In this document: positions 1-64,000 of the stretch, piece by piece | How positions within the stretch are numbered: the first letter of the stretch is position 1 | Layout: each line of letters opens with the position of its first letter | NCBI GenBank assembly: GCA_964016885.1 | Contig: OZ024757.1 | Coordinates: forward strand, 7,006,001-7,070,000 | Origin: Eledone cirrhosa | Taxonomy: Eukaryota | Reading direction: 5' to 3' | Length of the DNA stretch: 64,000 nt | Notes under the pieces: generated by a model | The model's input: only the letters and a program-made list of their open reading frames with translations | What the model was told of the DNA's origin: nothing | The model's database searches: none | Made by a program: the position numbers and the translations under genes

Positions 1-63674
<63,674 letters not shown>

Positions 63675-64000
63675 CTGGAAAAAAAATACGGAAGAAATTA
63701 ATAGGAAAACTAGAAGGTTTTTTTGTGAAGAGTTTGTTGTTAATTTGAGGAAATGGTAGAATAAGTTGTTTTTTTAATCAATTCGAACCATTTCTTTGGT
63801 TTGTTCTGTCAATGTCATTCTTTCTTATTCCACACATGTAAAACTTCCGAAAGGAGTAAAGTGTGGCTAGTCATATGTGAGGTGTCTGCTATTATGACAC
63901 AAATATTGTACAGTTTCCTACTGGTCCGGAAGAACAGATATACTATTTCTCTACAGCAGTCTTAACTGGAATATGTAAGGATGAAAATAATAAGTAACCC

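Overview
AT-rich eukaryotic DNA, probably octopus (inferred from a tRNA-derived SINE I recognise from memory). Almost the whole window (~300-63800) is a head-to-tail tandem array of a ~1.43-kb unit, with a homogenised core (~21-60 kb) and diverged, rearranged edges. The ORF track mostly reports repeat and (TA)n artefacts. On the minus strand each unit carries two short, frame-symmetric (phase 1-1) exons with polypyrimidine-AG acceptors and mostly GTAAG donors: exon A (60 nt, 38 copies, e.g. xDASYLSSRSATLKTKLAEK) and exon B (66 nt, 44 copies, e.g. xISPVENLVSQPGITIDTVSNE). Length and open frame are kept in every copy read, while flanking sequence takes stops and indels. The array leads into a larger exon (1-290, minus) made of 32-codon repeats that runs off the window edge. 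The apparent satellite is therefore probably the exon array of a giant repetitive-protein gene (up to ~1,700 aa here) in which any exon combination stays in frame. The introns contain five minimal type I hammerhead ribozymes in Penelope-like repeats, a separate hammerhead inserted in a (TA)n tract, a 542-bp non-autonomous Helitron with visible empty sites, and a SINE. A near-exact 7,151-bp (5-unit) duplication lies in the core. Splicing and ribozyme activity are inferred, not shown.
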